From: Tubiluchus corallicola
Lineage: Eukaryota; Animalia; Priapulida
Reading direction: 5' to 3'
Assembly (NCBI GenBank): GCA_030141605.1
Contig: JAQGDQ010000412.1
Span: 1 to 64,000, forward strand
DNA length: 64,000 nucleotides
The notes beneath the pieces are model-generated. The model was given only the letters and a program-made list of their open reading frames with translations, made no database searches and was not told where the DNA came from. This document shows, one piece after another, positions 1 through 13,915 of this stretch (positions are counted from its first letter, which is position 1; the number at the start of each line of letters is the position of its first letter). The position numbers and the translations under genes are program-made.

Positions 1-2554
1 CTTCAATCTGAAATAAGCAAAAAAAAATGAATTGTTATTTACGTCTCGGTCAGCTAAGACCTTTTTAGCAATGTCAAGATTCTAACTGCACAGGATCTAG
101 AGTTCGAATCGCACGAGTTTCACGACGATCCGATCATTTGTTACAGAAATACAAGAGAAAAACCTACTGTGGACAGTGGACGAACAGACACACGGACAGT
201 AGGGTCATTTAAAATTTAAAAATTCAACAAGAAAATAGTCAAACTTACCAATTCAAATTCGCTTTTAAAGCTCGTATCTGAAAAACATAACAACTTTTAA
301 TTACATGCAATAAACGTTAACTTTCTTATAATTTTATAGCAGCTCTAATGTTAATATACAGGGTCAAAATAAGTAATAACGAATATGAAGGCTTGATGAA
401 GAAAGCTTGATAAACAAATAAACACTAGTAGTTAGCAATCTTAGAATGGAATGCTTAATCTGAAAAAAAATGTACACCAATATAATATCATAGTACTTCT
501 GGTGGTGGCAGTAGCAGTAAAAGTAGTATAAAATTTACATTTAAAAGTATGTACTTAATTTCTATCTTGGTAATATAAAATTTGAAAAAAGACAAAGTTT
601 GGACCTGAAAAAAATGACAATTTTTAATTACGTGCATTAAAAGTTAACTTTCTCATAATATTATACAGCTCCGATGTGAATCTACAGTCCTGCATTTAGC
701 GCAAGCTGTCTGCCAGTATTCAAAGTCAGTGGAAACTTTAATGACCTTGTGGCTAGTCAGAATGCGTACCCAAGGTTTCCTCAAAAGGCACACGTTTATA
801 GGTACGTGTACAACGAGTCATTATTCATTAATCATTCATCATTCAGTAGTCACTATTCATTTATTAACCGGGCTTTATGTTGTTTAACTTCGTTTGCGGA
901 GATCATTTATCTTGGTGGCAAATTTTCGTTTTTCTGGCAGACGTGTCACTGATAACGAAAAATACAAACAGATCAAGGGCTACTTAATTTCCTTACAAAA
1001 ATCAACACTTATCATAAACAGCCATTTGAGAGTTCAATCATAAACGCGTAATTTAAATATGAACAGCAACATTTTTAACTGTGCTGTTTTTTCTACAGCA
1101 TGAAGATTGGCTTCTTTATGACACTGAAAATTTATTTACCAGACTCAGTATGAAGCCAGCTGATAAAGCCATTTTTGATTCACAGGGTGGAAGTAAAAAT
1201 TTTAATAAAAAATCGTCAATCCGTAGATTTATAACTAGTTTTTCCTAAGTGACATGTTGAGCAGTTACTGTTGTAAATATTTATCTCTCGATTTTAACCA
1301 AAGACAGTCAAACAATAGAAATAGAATCATTTTTATTTCGCACACGTGAACAAACACGCTTCCGAGTTATTTGATCAGCGCATTTCAGCTGGTTAGAATA
1401 TTTCTACTACGCCGTTTCTTTTGCGACACCCTGTACAAGCGTTTCTGGGTCACTGGCTGTCGAATTTTTATTCATTTTTATTCCTAAGCGGCGTATTTTT
1501 CATGTAAAGAAGTAGAAGTGTGGTGAGAACGGTCAAAGCATACAGAGTCAAATATACAGAAATACCGAACTAATTATAAAGGACAAAAACCTGGCCGAAA
1601 TGCTACTACAACAGTAGCAATAAAAATTTGCGGTTCAGATGCGCCAAGCAAAATCATAAACTCTTGAACTCTAAACGTCTACTGCTCATGCGCAGGAAAA
1701 CAGTTGTTTACATTCGAACATTTTTAAAGACTTGAGCTCTAAACGTCTACTGCTCATGCGCAGGAAAAACAGTTGTTTACATTCGAACATTTTTTAGAAG
1801 ATAAATAATTTAAGCAAAGTTTTGGATGCAATTAAAAGAGCAAAAAGTACTAAATTGTTAGCAAATTTTCTTATCTTAACGGAAATAACAGTATAAGATG
1901 CAAAGAAAGAAATTGTAAAATTCGTATTAGTGGGTTAAAAATGGAATAAATTGTAGGCCTATTCATTTTTTTTTCGAAAATCAGCCTTAAATTTTACATG
2001 CAGTAGAGATGGGCGGATAGCTGATTTGCAGTCATGCGATTGCGGTGTCCGCATTTTTTATGCGAAATGCGGATGTATTCTTTGCAGGTATGCGGATTTT
2101 TAATGTCAAAAATTTGGGGATTTTACGCGAAATTTCAGCGCGCAAAAAACCACGCATAGAAAATTTCCGACGCAAAACATTCCTTGCAATTACAAATATT
2201 ATAACATTTTATGGTTTGTGGTGGGTGTGTTGGGTATGATATGTTGGGGCGGTATAGTAACATGCTGTGAGTAGTCGCTTACAAGCAAAATTGCATCACG
2301 TGGTCTGGCCTCTTAATTTATTATTTAATAGTGATTATAAATTCATACAGAAAACGGTTTTAACACAATAGGGCACGGGATTGGGTGACGCGGATCTTCA
2401 AATTTCAGTCAATCCGCGATTTGCGGATGCGGACGCGTCAGTTACGGACTTCGCAATTGAATTTGCAGAATTAGGCCCTATAATATTTAGAAACAAATTA
2501 AAATTGAAACTAAAAGCTTCCTGTAACAATTAGGGAATAATATATTATGAACAG

Positions 2555-2730
2555 CTACATATACATAATATGTATATATGTATACATGTATATACGTATA
2601 CATATCATACATATACACATTATACATATACACATTATACATATACACATTATACATATACATATACATATACATATACGTATACATATTATACATATAC
2701 ATATACGTATACATATTGATACATATATAT
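2555..2730. repeat. TA/TACA-rich microsatellite; mirror ~15330-15515
   Basis: Direct inspection. Confidence 0.85.
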
Positions 2731-2976
2731 CTAAATATCTAAGAATTAGCAAAAAACTATAGCCGCATAGGTACATACTCACATAGCCGCACGTGTCTGC
2801 CATGTTGAAAATTAAAAAAAAACATTTTCTTACCTTATCATATCATTAATAATTATAAAGATCACTTAAGATATGCGCAATAATCAACAATACACAATAG
2901 AGAGAATAGACTCACTTAAACGCACAGAGAAAAATAAATTCATACAAGATATTAAATAATAAGATCGCACTATCGT

Positions 2977-3091
2977 ACTTACGTCGCTCAAAAACTAAGG
3001 AGACTGTATGTCAGTTGTCCAGGTCTTTTATACCCGAAATGGTTTCGGACGGGTCTATTTTAACAAGAAAGGGTGGAGGCTTTGGCCAATC
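2977..3091 (-). promoter_or_regulatory. Mirror copy of the CCAAT/TATA/Inr/donor promoter, firing leftwards
   Basis: ccaatc ~3086, ttttata 3026-3032, acttac 2977-2982; palindromic copy of 14971-15085. Confidence 0.6.
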
Positions 3092-3274
3092 AGTGTTCTG
3101 AGAATTAGAAACGCGTTGTACAGCGTAATACAGTAGCCCAGTTGTAGGTCCAGTTAACATGAGTATTTCAGTACTTCAGGTATTTCAGTACTAAACAATC
3201 AACAACTATAGCTGTATGTATACGTGACTGTGGTATAGTCTATGTATTGATACGTTGATCATGGCCGCCAAGCA

Positions 3275-3276
<2 letters not shown>

Positions 3277-3318
<42 letters not shown>

Positions 3319-3338
3319 GACTCTCTCTTTCTCTCTCA

Positions 3339-3385
<47 letters not shown>

Positions 3386-3435
3386 TCTTCGTCTCTCTCT
3401 TTCTCTCTCCCTCCCCCCTCTCTCTTTCTCTCTGT
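3277..3435. repeat. (CT)n microsatellite; mirror 14628-14783
   Basis: Direct inspection. Confidence 0.9.
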
Positions 3436-4148
3436 CTTTTATGCAACAACTTTACAACTGATAATGTAATAAATTCATGATTGTTATAAAATAAACTTAG
3501 TATTGTTAAATTTTGAAGCCAAACTCGGCTGAAGAAAAGTGTTGGGGTACAGCCTGCATTTGAACCATGAACTCTTTGTTTACAAGTCGACGCTGTGACC
3601 ACTACATTATTGCTGTCGCGAACGGTGATCATGAGAGATGTGTATTTAATCTGTATAATTCATGAGAGATGTATAATGGACGTTTCCTGACAAGTTGCAA
3701 AGAAATGGCACCTATCTTCATGTGTCAAGACATTTTATTTACGTGGATATTTATTTATGTATGTATGTATGTATGTATGTATGTATGTATGATAAGCAGT
3801 ACTAGTAATGTAAGTAATGATGGTTCAAAAAACAAACGAGAAAATCATTAATCCTATACAAAGGAAGAAACAGTTGAAACTTAGGAGAAACACAGATAAT
3901 AATGCGCTGCACGCTGGCGCCACCTGTTACGAGCCAAGTCAAAGAAATGAATGTTTTTTATTTCAACGTATGCGTTACTGAGAACCAAAGAATAATCCTT
4001 AAGACAATATTTTGTTAGTTTGTGAGAAACATAAGGACCTCGCCATTTGCACGACACAAATAAACTATGGCTGTTAAACAAATAAACAAAAATAAATAAA
4101 TAAATACGTTCATAAATAAACACACACACACACACACACACACACGCA

Positions 4149-4180
<32 letters not shown>

Positions 4181-4186
4181 CATACA

Positions 4187-6546
4187 CATGAGAAATTTGT
4201 ATACTTTTAAGTTATTCCATGTATTTTATTTGTCTATGTTTATTTATATTTTGTATAAAAAATATAGTAGAATCTAGTACGCTCACAAGGGTATGCAAAA
4301 AAGTTGTAAATAAAATATGTTCAGTGTTCACGCGGCAACTATGCGTTTGCAGATTTCAGTTTCATTTTGTAACAATGCTTTAATGCTGCAATAATGCTTT
4401 AATGCTACAATTACGCTTTAATGCTGCAACAATGCTTTAATGCTGCAACAATGCTTTAATGCTGCAATTATGCTTTAAAGCTGCAACAATGCTTTAATTC
4501 TGCAATAATGCTTTAATGCTGCAACAATGCTTTAATTCTGCAATAATGCTTTAAAACGGCAACAATGCCTTAATGCTGCAACAACGCTTTAATTCTGCAA
4601 CAATGCTTTAATGCTGCAATAATGCTTTAATGCTGCAATAATGCTTTAATGCTGCAACAATGCTTTAATGCTGTAACAATGCTTTAATACTGCAATTATT
4701 CTTTAATTGGCATCAATGCTTTAATACTGCAATTATTCTTTAATTGGCATCAATGCTATAATGCTGCAATTATGCTTTAATGCAAATAATATTTTAAGGT
4801 TTGAACGCAAATAATTTTCAGCTGTTTTCTAAAACATTGTACAGTTTTCTTTTAAATTGAAGTTCTATGTACGTAAAATGCTCTCTTGTGTAAAGAAAGG
4901 AAGTAACTAAATAAAATCTTTATTATAAGCATTGCTTGTTACAAGAAACAAAATAGTGTTACATGAACAAAAGTTACAATAACACAATAATTATATACAT
5001 AAAATTTACAAATAATGAATATTAACAAACGAAATAACAAAATAGTGAATAAAACTATTGTGACATACGATACATACAGTACAAATAAAGAAATATTCTA
5101 TTATACTTCTCCCATACATACAGGGCCGGATTATGACCTCTTGGGGCCCATATTCTAATGAAATTATACGGAGCAATCCTCTAACTCGCCCGCAACTAAT
5201 CAAGTCTTCACTTTTTATTACCTGCACTTTTAATTTTTTACACGTACTGGTGTGTTTATATTGTACTAATGATGTACCAAGTATTCTGTACTTTTAGCTT
5301 TAAATTTACTCTCTGTACATTGTCGATATATTTTACGATGTTTTCAATAGTCATATAGGTCTCTCGACTTCGGTCCATAGACATTTTATAAATAAAAAAT
5401 AAAAAATCCCACGCAACGGCGTCCAGCGTACTAATAGTTTTTTTGCTATGTTTATGATGCACCGACCTTTTTCCAGGTGTTGTGATTGGTTTTAATTTCA
5501 CTCTGAATTCTGTACAGAGTCTCTATAGCAGGCGCTAATTACTAATGCCCATGTTGACTTTTTGTTTGACATGGTAACGAATAAACATTGTCTGCACAGG
5601 CTTCGAAGTAACTGAAGTTAGTTAGCAACACCAGCTATAAACTCGTGGATATATTAATTTTGCATACAATATGCTATTTTTCAATATCATTTATGCAGAT
5701 ACTGGAGCTCGTCTCCTCTTTGCAGCTTGTTGCTATGTCTCCAAATGCTCATTCTCACTATCGAGTACAGAGTTGACACTGCAGGTGTTTGTAATTTATA
5801 ACTATGATTGATAACATGATTGTACTTCATGGAAACAGTAACCACAATAAAGGAAATTATCATACGGGGCAACCATAACGATGGTGACAGTGACATAACC
5901 AACACTGTGGAGAATACGCTTCAACGTTCTGAGGGCTCGTAGGTAATAGTCCGGTTGTAAAGGCCACCAAATTTTGGTGAAACGGGGACTGATATAGCTA
6001 CCAAACATTCAGCGTATTGGACACTTTTATAAAATTTCGAACTTTGGAGGCTTATAACTCCAAAACGTTAGCAGACAGACACTTGGACATTGTTGGGGAT
6101 GAATAGGAACTCACAATTATACCACTTGGTAGTACGACTGACCCTGGAACACGTTGCCAAATGACCTCATCAGTACACCAGTAGGCGTTAAAGATCATCT
6201 ATCACTTTTCTAAAACTATCCGCCCTTTTGCTCCATTCCTCCCCACCCTCTGTAATTACTAATGTGTTCAAACTCATTAACAGGCTTCTACACAGCTGGA
6301 GGTGAGCAACTCCTGGGTCTGCAAGCACCTTTATTATTATATAAGTTAGATCATTCCATTGATGATGGCACCAACAGGTGCTATATATAAATATATTTTA
6401 TTTACAGTATAAATATATTTTATTTACAATTTTTTTGCATACCCTGGTGAGCGTACTAGATTCTACTATATTTTTTATACAAAATATAAATAAACATAGA
6501 CAACCAAAATACATGAAATAACTTAAAAGTATACAAATTTCTCATG
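4187..6546. mobile_element. Foldback-like non-autonomous element with ~130-bp terminal inverted repeats (mirror copy ~11499-13877)
   Basis: catgagaaatttgtatacttttaag...gtaaataaaatat (4187-4318) is the reverse complement of ~6415-6546; no ORF; TSD not clear. Confidence 0.6.
4370..4785. repeat. 20-bp minisatellite (tgcaacaatgctttaatgc-type); mirror 13260-13695
   Basis: About 20 tandem variant copies seen directly. Confidence 0.9.
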
Positions 6547-7834
6547 CAAGTACAAAATTATCCAGCAGATGAAAGATTTTAATTTCAGTTGATAAAATGA
6601 ATACAAAGAAAAAATATAACACGAGAAACAAGCTAAAACTAAATCATTGAGTGTACAATCATGCAAGTTACAATGTCAATGTAAGCTGATAAGTTTGAAG
6701 AAAACACATAGAAGATTAAAGCATGTGAGAAGTTAACTTGTAAATTTCGAGAAAAATTCTTCAATGTAGAACATAATACCGTCTTTAAAACCACAAAGAG
6801 TTAAAGCTTCTCGAATAGTTTCAGGAAACTGATACCAAATTATCCAGTAAACAAAATAATTTGAAACTTAAATTCTGTTGATAAAATGAATATAAATTGA
6901 TTGAAAGAAAAAATAAAGTGTAAATAAACAAAGAGAAACCAAATCTCTGAATTATACAAACATTCATCATCGTCATCATTATCATTGTAAGCCTTTAAGT
7001 TTAACAAAAAACTCATCCTAAATTATAACACATGAGAATAAGAAATTAACTTGGAAATTTCCAGAAAAATTGCTCAGTGTATTATGTAAGACACCCTTTC
7101 TTAAAACTCACTACAGTTGATTTTCTCTAACAGTTTGAGGGAGCTGGTTGACGTAGTTTTGCTCTATAAACCTTGAAGCAAAGCTTATAGAAGTCATGAT
7201 TATTTTTGCAATTGCACAGCAGGAGCATATTCACGCCTTGGTATTATGAATTTAAAAAAATCTTAAAAATTAAAACTGTTTGATTGTAAAGAATAAAATT
7301 ATAATAGCATTTTTAAAAGTACATTAAAGAAAAATGAGATTGATTGATATAATTTTATAGTACGTTTTAGAAAAATGAAACTTATTATTTAAGTTTTCGG
7401 ATGTAGATTTCAGAAAAACGAAATCCATTTACTATATATTGAGATAAAATGCATAAGAATGAAATTCATTGTATATGTTACGTGATAAATGTGAAAAAAA
7501 TTAAATATCTCATTGTCTATCTCACTGAATTAATAGTTTATTTTTAAAAGTTTTCTGTGCACAATGGTGTAGTTAAGCAAATATTGATTATCAGTGCATG
7601 TGGAAAAAACACAAAGGTTTTAACACATTTTCAACACTGGAATATTTCCGCTTCCATATTTTCTAATTTTTTATGTATGTGTTTTATTACGTATGCATTT
7701 TATTAATGCATTTCCAGAGAGACGCAATTCGGTGACGGATTTAGTGAATATCATCTCACCATAAAAGCATAGAAATATCGCACTAGAATATTTAGTCTGT
7801 TTTATTTCAGTGGAGATAAAGCAGTGCATTGAGA

Positions 7835-7898
7835 ATGTCTGAGTTTATGAATATACTTTTCTTGTCCATTGTAGTGGCTGGTATCGGTATCGTAAGAG
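7835..7898 (+). CDS. Signal-peptide-like first coding exon (MSEFMNILFLSIVVAGIGIVR-G), exon 7811-7898
   Basis: tttatttcag acceptor at 7810, ATG at 7835, hydrophobic core, phase-1 donor AG|gtatgt, typical of secreted-protein leader exons. Confidence 0.5.
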
Positions 7899-7939
7899 GT
7901 ATGTTTTTCTTTAGATAACTTATGTCTTTATTTACTTTT

Positions 7940-8560
7940 TTGTTTGTTTGTCAACCTGTTTTTTGCTTCTTTTTTATTTGTTTGCTTGCTTGCTTACTTG
8001 TATGTTTATCTGACTGTCTATCTGTGTCTCTTTTTTGTATGTCTGTCTGCCTACCTTTCTGTCTGTTTGCCTTTCTGTCTGTCCGCCTGTATGCCTGTCT
8101 ATCTGTCTGTCTGTTTGTCAATCTGTCTGCCTGCTGTCTTTTTGTTTGTTTATTTGCTTGTTTACTTTTTTGTTTGATTCTACATATCTGTCTGTCTGGC
8201 CGTGCGCTCGTCCGTCCATCTGTCTGTCTCTGTCTGCTACCCGTCTGATTGTTTGCTTGTTTACTTTTTCGATTGATTCCTTGCTCGCTTGCCATTTGCG
8301 TTTTTGTTTCTGCATAAGTTTCATTGACAAATTTAACAACATTCCACTGCCTTCGCATCGTTCATCTAAATGCAAAAAAATTGATGGCGTGAAACCAAAC
8401 GTCAAACCAAACGTGAAACCAAACGTGAAACCAAACGTCAAACCAAACGTCAAACCAAACGTGAAACCAAATGTGAAAAACAAACGTGAAACCAAACGTC
8501 AAATCAAACGTGAAACCAAATGTGAAAACCAAACGTCAAAAAACCAAACGTAAAAGCAAA
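7940..8560. repeat. GTCT/GTTT low-complexity tract plus 12-bp gt(g/c)aaaccaaac minisatellite (8388-8560); mirror ~9485-10120
   Basis: Direct inspection; source of the spurious PNVK ORFs. Confidence 0.9.
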
Positions 8561-8922
8561 CGTGAGAACATAATATAAAAAATTAAAGTAAGTCCACGTA
8601 GCAGCAAGTATCTCGACAATTATGTAATGATATTGAACTGCAGGCGGTATCTTGCCGAAAAGGTCTAAAACAGCCCTGGTTGGTTCGTTATCAGCAGATG
8701 CAAGGCACAAGCAGTTTATAACTTCACTAACATCTATCCACGAAATAATAGAATGTCGTGTGAGAAATTACATGAAGTAGATAAAAAATGACGAAATAGA
8801 GTTTACACCGTCGTGGATTAATCTAACTAGTCCAGTAAAAGAGCAGAGAAGGCCGATTTGTCGACAGGTCAGATCCATAACTTGGCTTCAACAGAAATTT
8901 ACATTTATGTGTTAAAAGGGCT

Positions 8923-9126
8923 TTCAGTACAATATTATCTGAACAAACATAATTAAGTGTGACGCAGTAATCCTTAATACCTATTTTAACCAATTAGGCT
9001 TTCAACTGGTTTGGTTCAAAATTAAAGCTTGGTTCTGTTCCACGTTTAATTGATTCATAAGGGTTCTGATCCAATTACCGGCACTGAAAATGGTGGACAA
9101 TATAAATTATTATGGTGCGTTCAGAC
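8923..9126. other. Unique 204-bp palindrome spacer (loop)
   Basis: Non-self-complementary sequence between the two arm ends. Confidence 0.9.
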
Positions 9127-10157
9127 AGCCCTTTTAACACATAAATGTAAATTTCTGTTGAAGCCAAGTTATGGATCTGACCTGTCGACAAATCGGCCTT
9201 CTCTGCTCTTTTACTGGACTAGTTAGATTAATCCACGACGGTGTAAACTCTATTTCGTCATTTTTTATCTACTTCATGTAATTTCTCACACGACATTCTA
9301 TTATTTCGTGGATAGATGTTAGTGAAGTTATAAACTGCTTGTGCCTTGCATCTGCTGATAACGAACCAACCAGGGCTGTTTTAGACCTTTTCGGCAAGAT
9401 ACCGCCTGCAGTTCAATATCATTACATAATTGTCGAGATACTTGCTGCTACGTGGACTTACTTTAATTTTTTATATTATGTTCTCACGTTTGCTTTTACG
9501 TTTGGTTTTTTGACGTTTGGTTTTCACATTTGGTTTCACGTTTGATTTGACATTTGGTTTCACCTTTGGTTTGAGGTTTGGTTTCACGTTTGGTTTGACG
9601 TTTGGTTTGACGTTTGGTTTGACGTTTGGTTTCACGTTTGGTTTGACGTTTGGTTTCACGCCATCAATTTTTTTGCATTTAGATGAACGATGCGAAGGCA
9701 GTGGAATGTTGTTAAATTTGTCAATGAAACTTATGCAGAAACAAAAACGCAAATGGCAAGCGAGCAAGGAATCAATCGAAAAAGTAAACAAGCAAACAAT
9801 CAGACGGGTAGCAGACAGAGACAGACAGATGGACGGACGAGCGCACGGCCAGACAGACAGATATGTAGAATCAAACAAAAAAGTAAACAAGCAAATAAAC
9901 AAACAAACAAACAAAAAGACAGCAGGCAGACAGATTGACAAACAGACAGACAGATAGACAGGCATACAGGCGGACAGACAGAAAGGCAAACAGACAGAAA
10001 GGTAGGCAGACAGACATACAAAAAAGAGACACAGATAGACAGTCAGATAAACATACAAGTAAGCAAGCAAGCAAACAAATAAAAAAGAAGCAAAAAACAG
10101 GTTGACAAACAAACAAAAAAGTAAATAAAGACATAAGTTATCTAAAGAAAAACATAC

Positions 10158-10221
10158 CTCTTACGATACCGATACCAGCCACTACAATGGACAAGAAAAG
10201 TATATTCATAAACTCAGACAT
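10158..10221 (-). CDS. Mirror copy of the signal-peptide exon
   Basis: Palindromic copy of 7835-7898. Confidence 0.5.
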
Positions 10222-13200
10222 TCTCAATGCACTGCTTTATCTCCACTGAAATAAAACAGACTAAATATTCTAGTGCGATATTTCTACGCTTTTATGGTGA
10301 GATGATATTCATTAAATCCGTCACCGAATTGCGTCTCTCTGGAAATGCATTAATACTTAATAAAACACATACATAAAAAATTAGAAAATATGGAAGCGGA
10401 AATATTCCAGTGTTGAAAATGTGTTAAAACCTTTGTGTTTTTTCCACATGCACTGATAATCAATATTTGCTTAACTACACCATTGTGCACAGAAAACTTT
10501 TAAAAATAAACTATTAATTCAGTGAGATAGACAATGAGATATTTAATTTTTTCACATTTATCACGTAACATATACAATGAATTTCATTCTTATGCATTTT
10601 ATCTCAATATATAGTAAATGGATTTCGTTTTTCTGAAATCTACATCCGAAAACTTAAATAATAAGTTTCATTTTTCTAAAACGTACTATAAAATTATATC
10701 AATCAATCTCATTTTTCTTTAATGTACTTTTAAAAATGCTATTAAAATTTTATTTTTTACAATCAAACAGTTTTAATTTTTAGATTTTTTTAAATTCATA
10801 ATACCAAGGCGTGAATATGCTCCTGCTGTGCAATTGCAAAAATAATCATGACTTCTATAAGCTTTGCTTCAAGGTTTATAGAGCAAAACTACGTCAACCA
10901 GCTCCCTCAAACTGTTAGAGAAAATCAACTGTAGTGAGTTTTAAGAAAGGGTGTCTTACATAATACACTGAGCAATTTTTCTGGAAATTTCCAAGTTAAT
11001 TTCTCATTCTCATGTGTTATAATTTAGGATGAGTTTTTTGTTAAACCTAAAGGCTTACAATGATAATGATGACGATGATGAATGTTTGTATAATTCAGGG
11101 ATTTGGTTTCTCTTTGTTTATTTACACTTTATTTTTTCTTTCAATCAATTTATATTCATTTTATCAACAGAATTTAAGTTTCAAATTATTTTGTTTACTG
11201 GATAATTTGGTATCAGTTTCCTGAAACTATTCGAGAAGCTTTAACTCTTTGTGGTTTTAAAGACGGTATTATGTTCTACATTGAAGAATTTTTCTCGAAA
11301 TTTACAAGTTAACTTCTCACATGCTTTAATCTTCTATGTGTTTTCTTCAAACTTATCGGCTTACATTGACATTGTAACTTGCATGATTGTACACTCAATG
11401 ATTTAGTTTTAGCTTGTTTCTCGTGTTATATTTTTTCTTTGTATTCATTTTATCAACTGAAATTAAAATCTTTCATCTGCTGTATAATTTTGTACTTGCA
11501 TGAGAAATTTGTATACTTTTAAGTTATTTCATGTATTTTGGTTGTCTATGTTTATTTATATTTTGTATAAAAAATATAGTAGAATCTAGTACGCTCACCA
11601 GGGTATGCAAAAAAATTGTAAATAAAATATATTTATACTGTAAATAAAATATATTTATATATAGCACCTGTTGGTGCCATCATCAATGGAATGATCTAAC
11701 TTATATAAGAATAAAGGTGCTTGCAGACCCAGGAGTTGCTCACCTCCAGCTGTGTAGAAGCCTGTTAATGAGCTTGAACACATTAGTAATTACAGAGGGT
11801 GGGGAGGAATGGAGCAAAAGGGCGGATAGTTTTAGAAAAGTGATAGATGATCTTTAGCGCCTACTGGTGTACTGATGAGGTAATTTGGCAACGTGTTCCA
11901 GGGTCAGTCGTACTACCAAGTGGTATAATTGTGAGTTCCTATTCATCCCCAACAATGTCCAAGTGTCTGTCTGCTAACGTTTTGGAGTTATAAGCCTCCA
12001 AAGTTCGAAATTTTATAAAAGTGTCCAATACGCTGAATGTTTGGTAGCTATATCAGTCCCCATTTCACCAAAATTTGGTGGCCTTTACAACCGGACTATT
12101 ACCTACGAGCCCTCAGAACGTTGAAGCGTATTCTCCACAGTGTTGGTTATGTCACTGTCACCATCGTTATGGTTGCCCCGTATGATAATTTCCTTTATTG
12201 TGGTTACTGTTTCCATGAAGTACAATCATGTTATCAATCATAGTTATAAATTACAAATACCTGCAGTGTCAACTCTGTACTCGATAGTGAGAATGAGCAT
12301 TTGGAGACATAGCAACAAGCTGCAAAGAGGAGACGAGCTCCAGTATCTGCATAAATGATATTGAAAAATACCATATTGTATGCAAAATTAATATATCCAC
12401 GAGTTTATAGCTGGTGTTGTTAACTAACTTCAGTTACTTCGAAGCCTGTGCAGACAATGTTTATTCGTTACCATGTCAAACAAAAAGTCAACATGGGCAT
12501 TAGTAATTAGCGCCTGCTATAGAGACTCTGTACAGAATTCAGAGTGAAATTAAAACCAATCACAACACCTGGAAAAAGGTCGGTGCATCATAAACATAGC
12601 AAAAAAAACTATTAGTACGCTGGACGCCGTTGCATGGGATTTTTTATTTTTTATTTATAAAATGTCTATGGACCGAAGTCGAGAGACCTATATGACTATT
12701 GAAAACATTGTAAAATATATCGACAATGTACAGAGAGTAAATTTAAAGCTAAAAGTACAGAATACTTGGTACATCATTAGTACAATATAAACACACCAGT
12801 ACGTGTAAAAAATTAAAAGTGCAGGTAATAAAAAGTGAAGACTTGATTAGTTGCGGGCGAGTTAGAGGATTGCTCCGTATAATTTCATTAGAATATGGGC
12901 CCCAAGAGGTCATAATCCGGCCCTGTATGTATGGGAGAAGTATAATAGAATATTTCTTTATTTGTACTGTATGTATCGTATGTCACAATAGTTTTATTCA
13001 CTATTTTGTTATTTCGTTTGTTAATATTCATTATTTGTAAATTTTATGTATATAATTATTGTGTTATTGTAACTTTTGTTCATGTAACACTATTTTGTTT
13101 CTTGTAACAAGCAATGCTTATAATAAAGATTTTATTTAGTTACTTCCTTTCTTTACACAAGAGAGCATTTTACGTACATAGAACTTCAATTTAAAAGAAA

Positions 13201-13883
13201 ACTGTACAATGTTTTAGAAAACAGCTGAAAATTATTTGCGTTCAAACCTTAAAATATTATTTGCATTAAAGCATAATTGCAGCATTATAGCATTGATGCC
13301 AATTAAAGAATAATTGCAGCATTATAGCATTGATGCCAATTAAAGAATAATTGCAGTATTAAAGCGTTGATGCCAATTAAAGAATAATTGCAGTATTAAA
13401 GCATTGTTACAGCATTAAAGCATTATTGCAGCATTAAAGCATTGTTGCAGCATTAAAGCATTATTGCAGCATTAAAGCATTGTTGCAGAATTAAAGCGTT
13501 GTTGCAGCATTAAGGCATTGTTGCAGCTTTAAAGCATTATTGCAGAATTAAAGCATTGTTGCAGCATTAAAGCATTATTGCAGAATTAAAGCATTGTTGC
13601 AGCTTTAAAGCATAATTGCAGCATTAAAGCATTGTTGCAGCATTAAAGCGTAATTGTAGCATTAAAGCATTATTGCAGCATTAAAGCATTGTTACAAAAT
13701 GAAACTGAAATCTGCAAACGCATAGTTGCCGCGTGAACACTGAACATATTTTATTTACAACTTTTTTGCATACCCTTGTGAGCGTACTAGATTCTACTAT
13801 ATTTTTTATACAAAATATAAATAAACATAGACAAATAAAATACATGGAATAACTTAAAAGTATACAAATTTCTCATGTGTATG

Positions 13884-13915
<32 letters not shown>

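Larger units (their letters stand above)
1..8922. repeat. Left arm of giant (~9 kb) palindrome
   Basis: Reverse complement of 9127-18076: 2-17 ttcaatctgaaataag pairs with 18061-18076; ...gttaaaagggct (8922) pairs with agcccttttaac (9127). ORFs in the track are mirrored (749..952+ / 17126..17329-; 5006..5227- / 12819..13040+). Confidence 0.97.

Noticed and set aside
40-118. tRNA gene candidate (gagttcgaatc B box; copies ~17960-18040 and ~36325-36400)
   Set aside because: No convincing A box or cloverleaf; at most a decayed SINE.
6700-7200. Possible coding remnants (IWYQFPETIRE..FK) on the minus strand
   Set aside because: Short decayed LINE 3'-end-like fragments; too weak to call.
7922-10134. 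Long ORFs (108-213 aa) such as the PNVK repeat proteins
   Set aside because: Translations of low-complexity and 12-bp repeats, open in many frames and on both strands.
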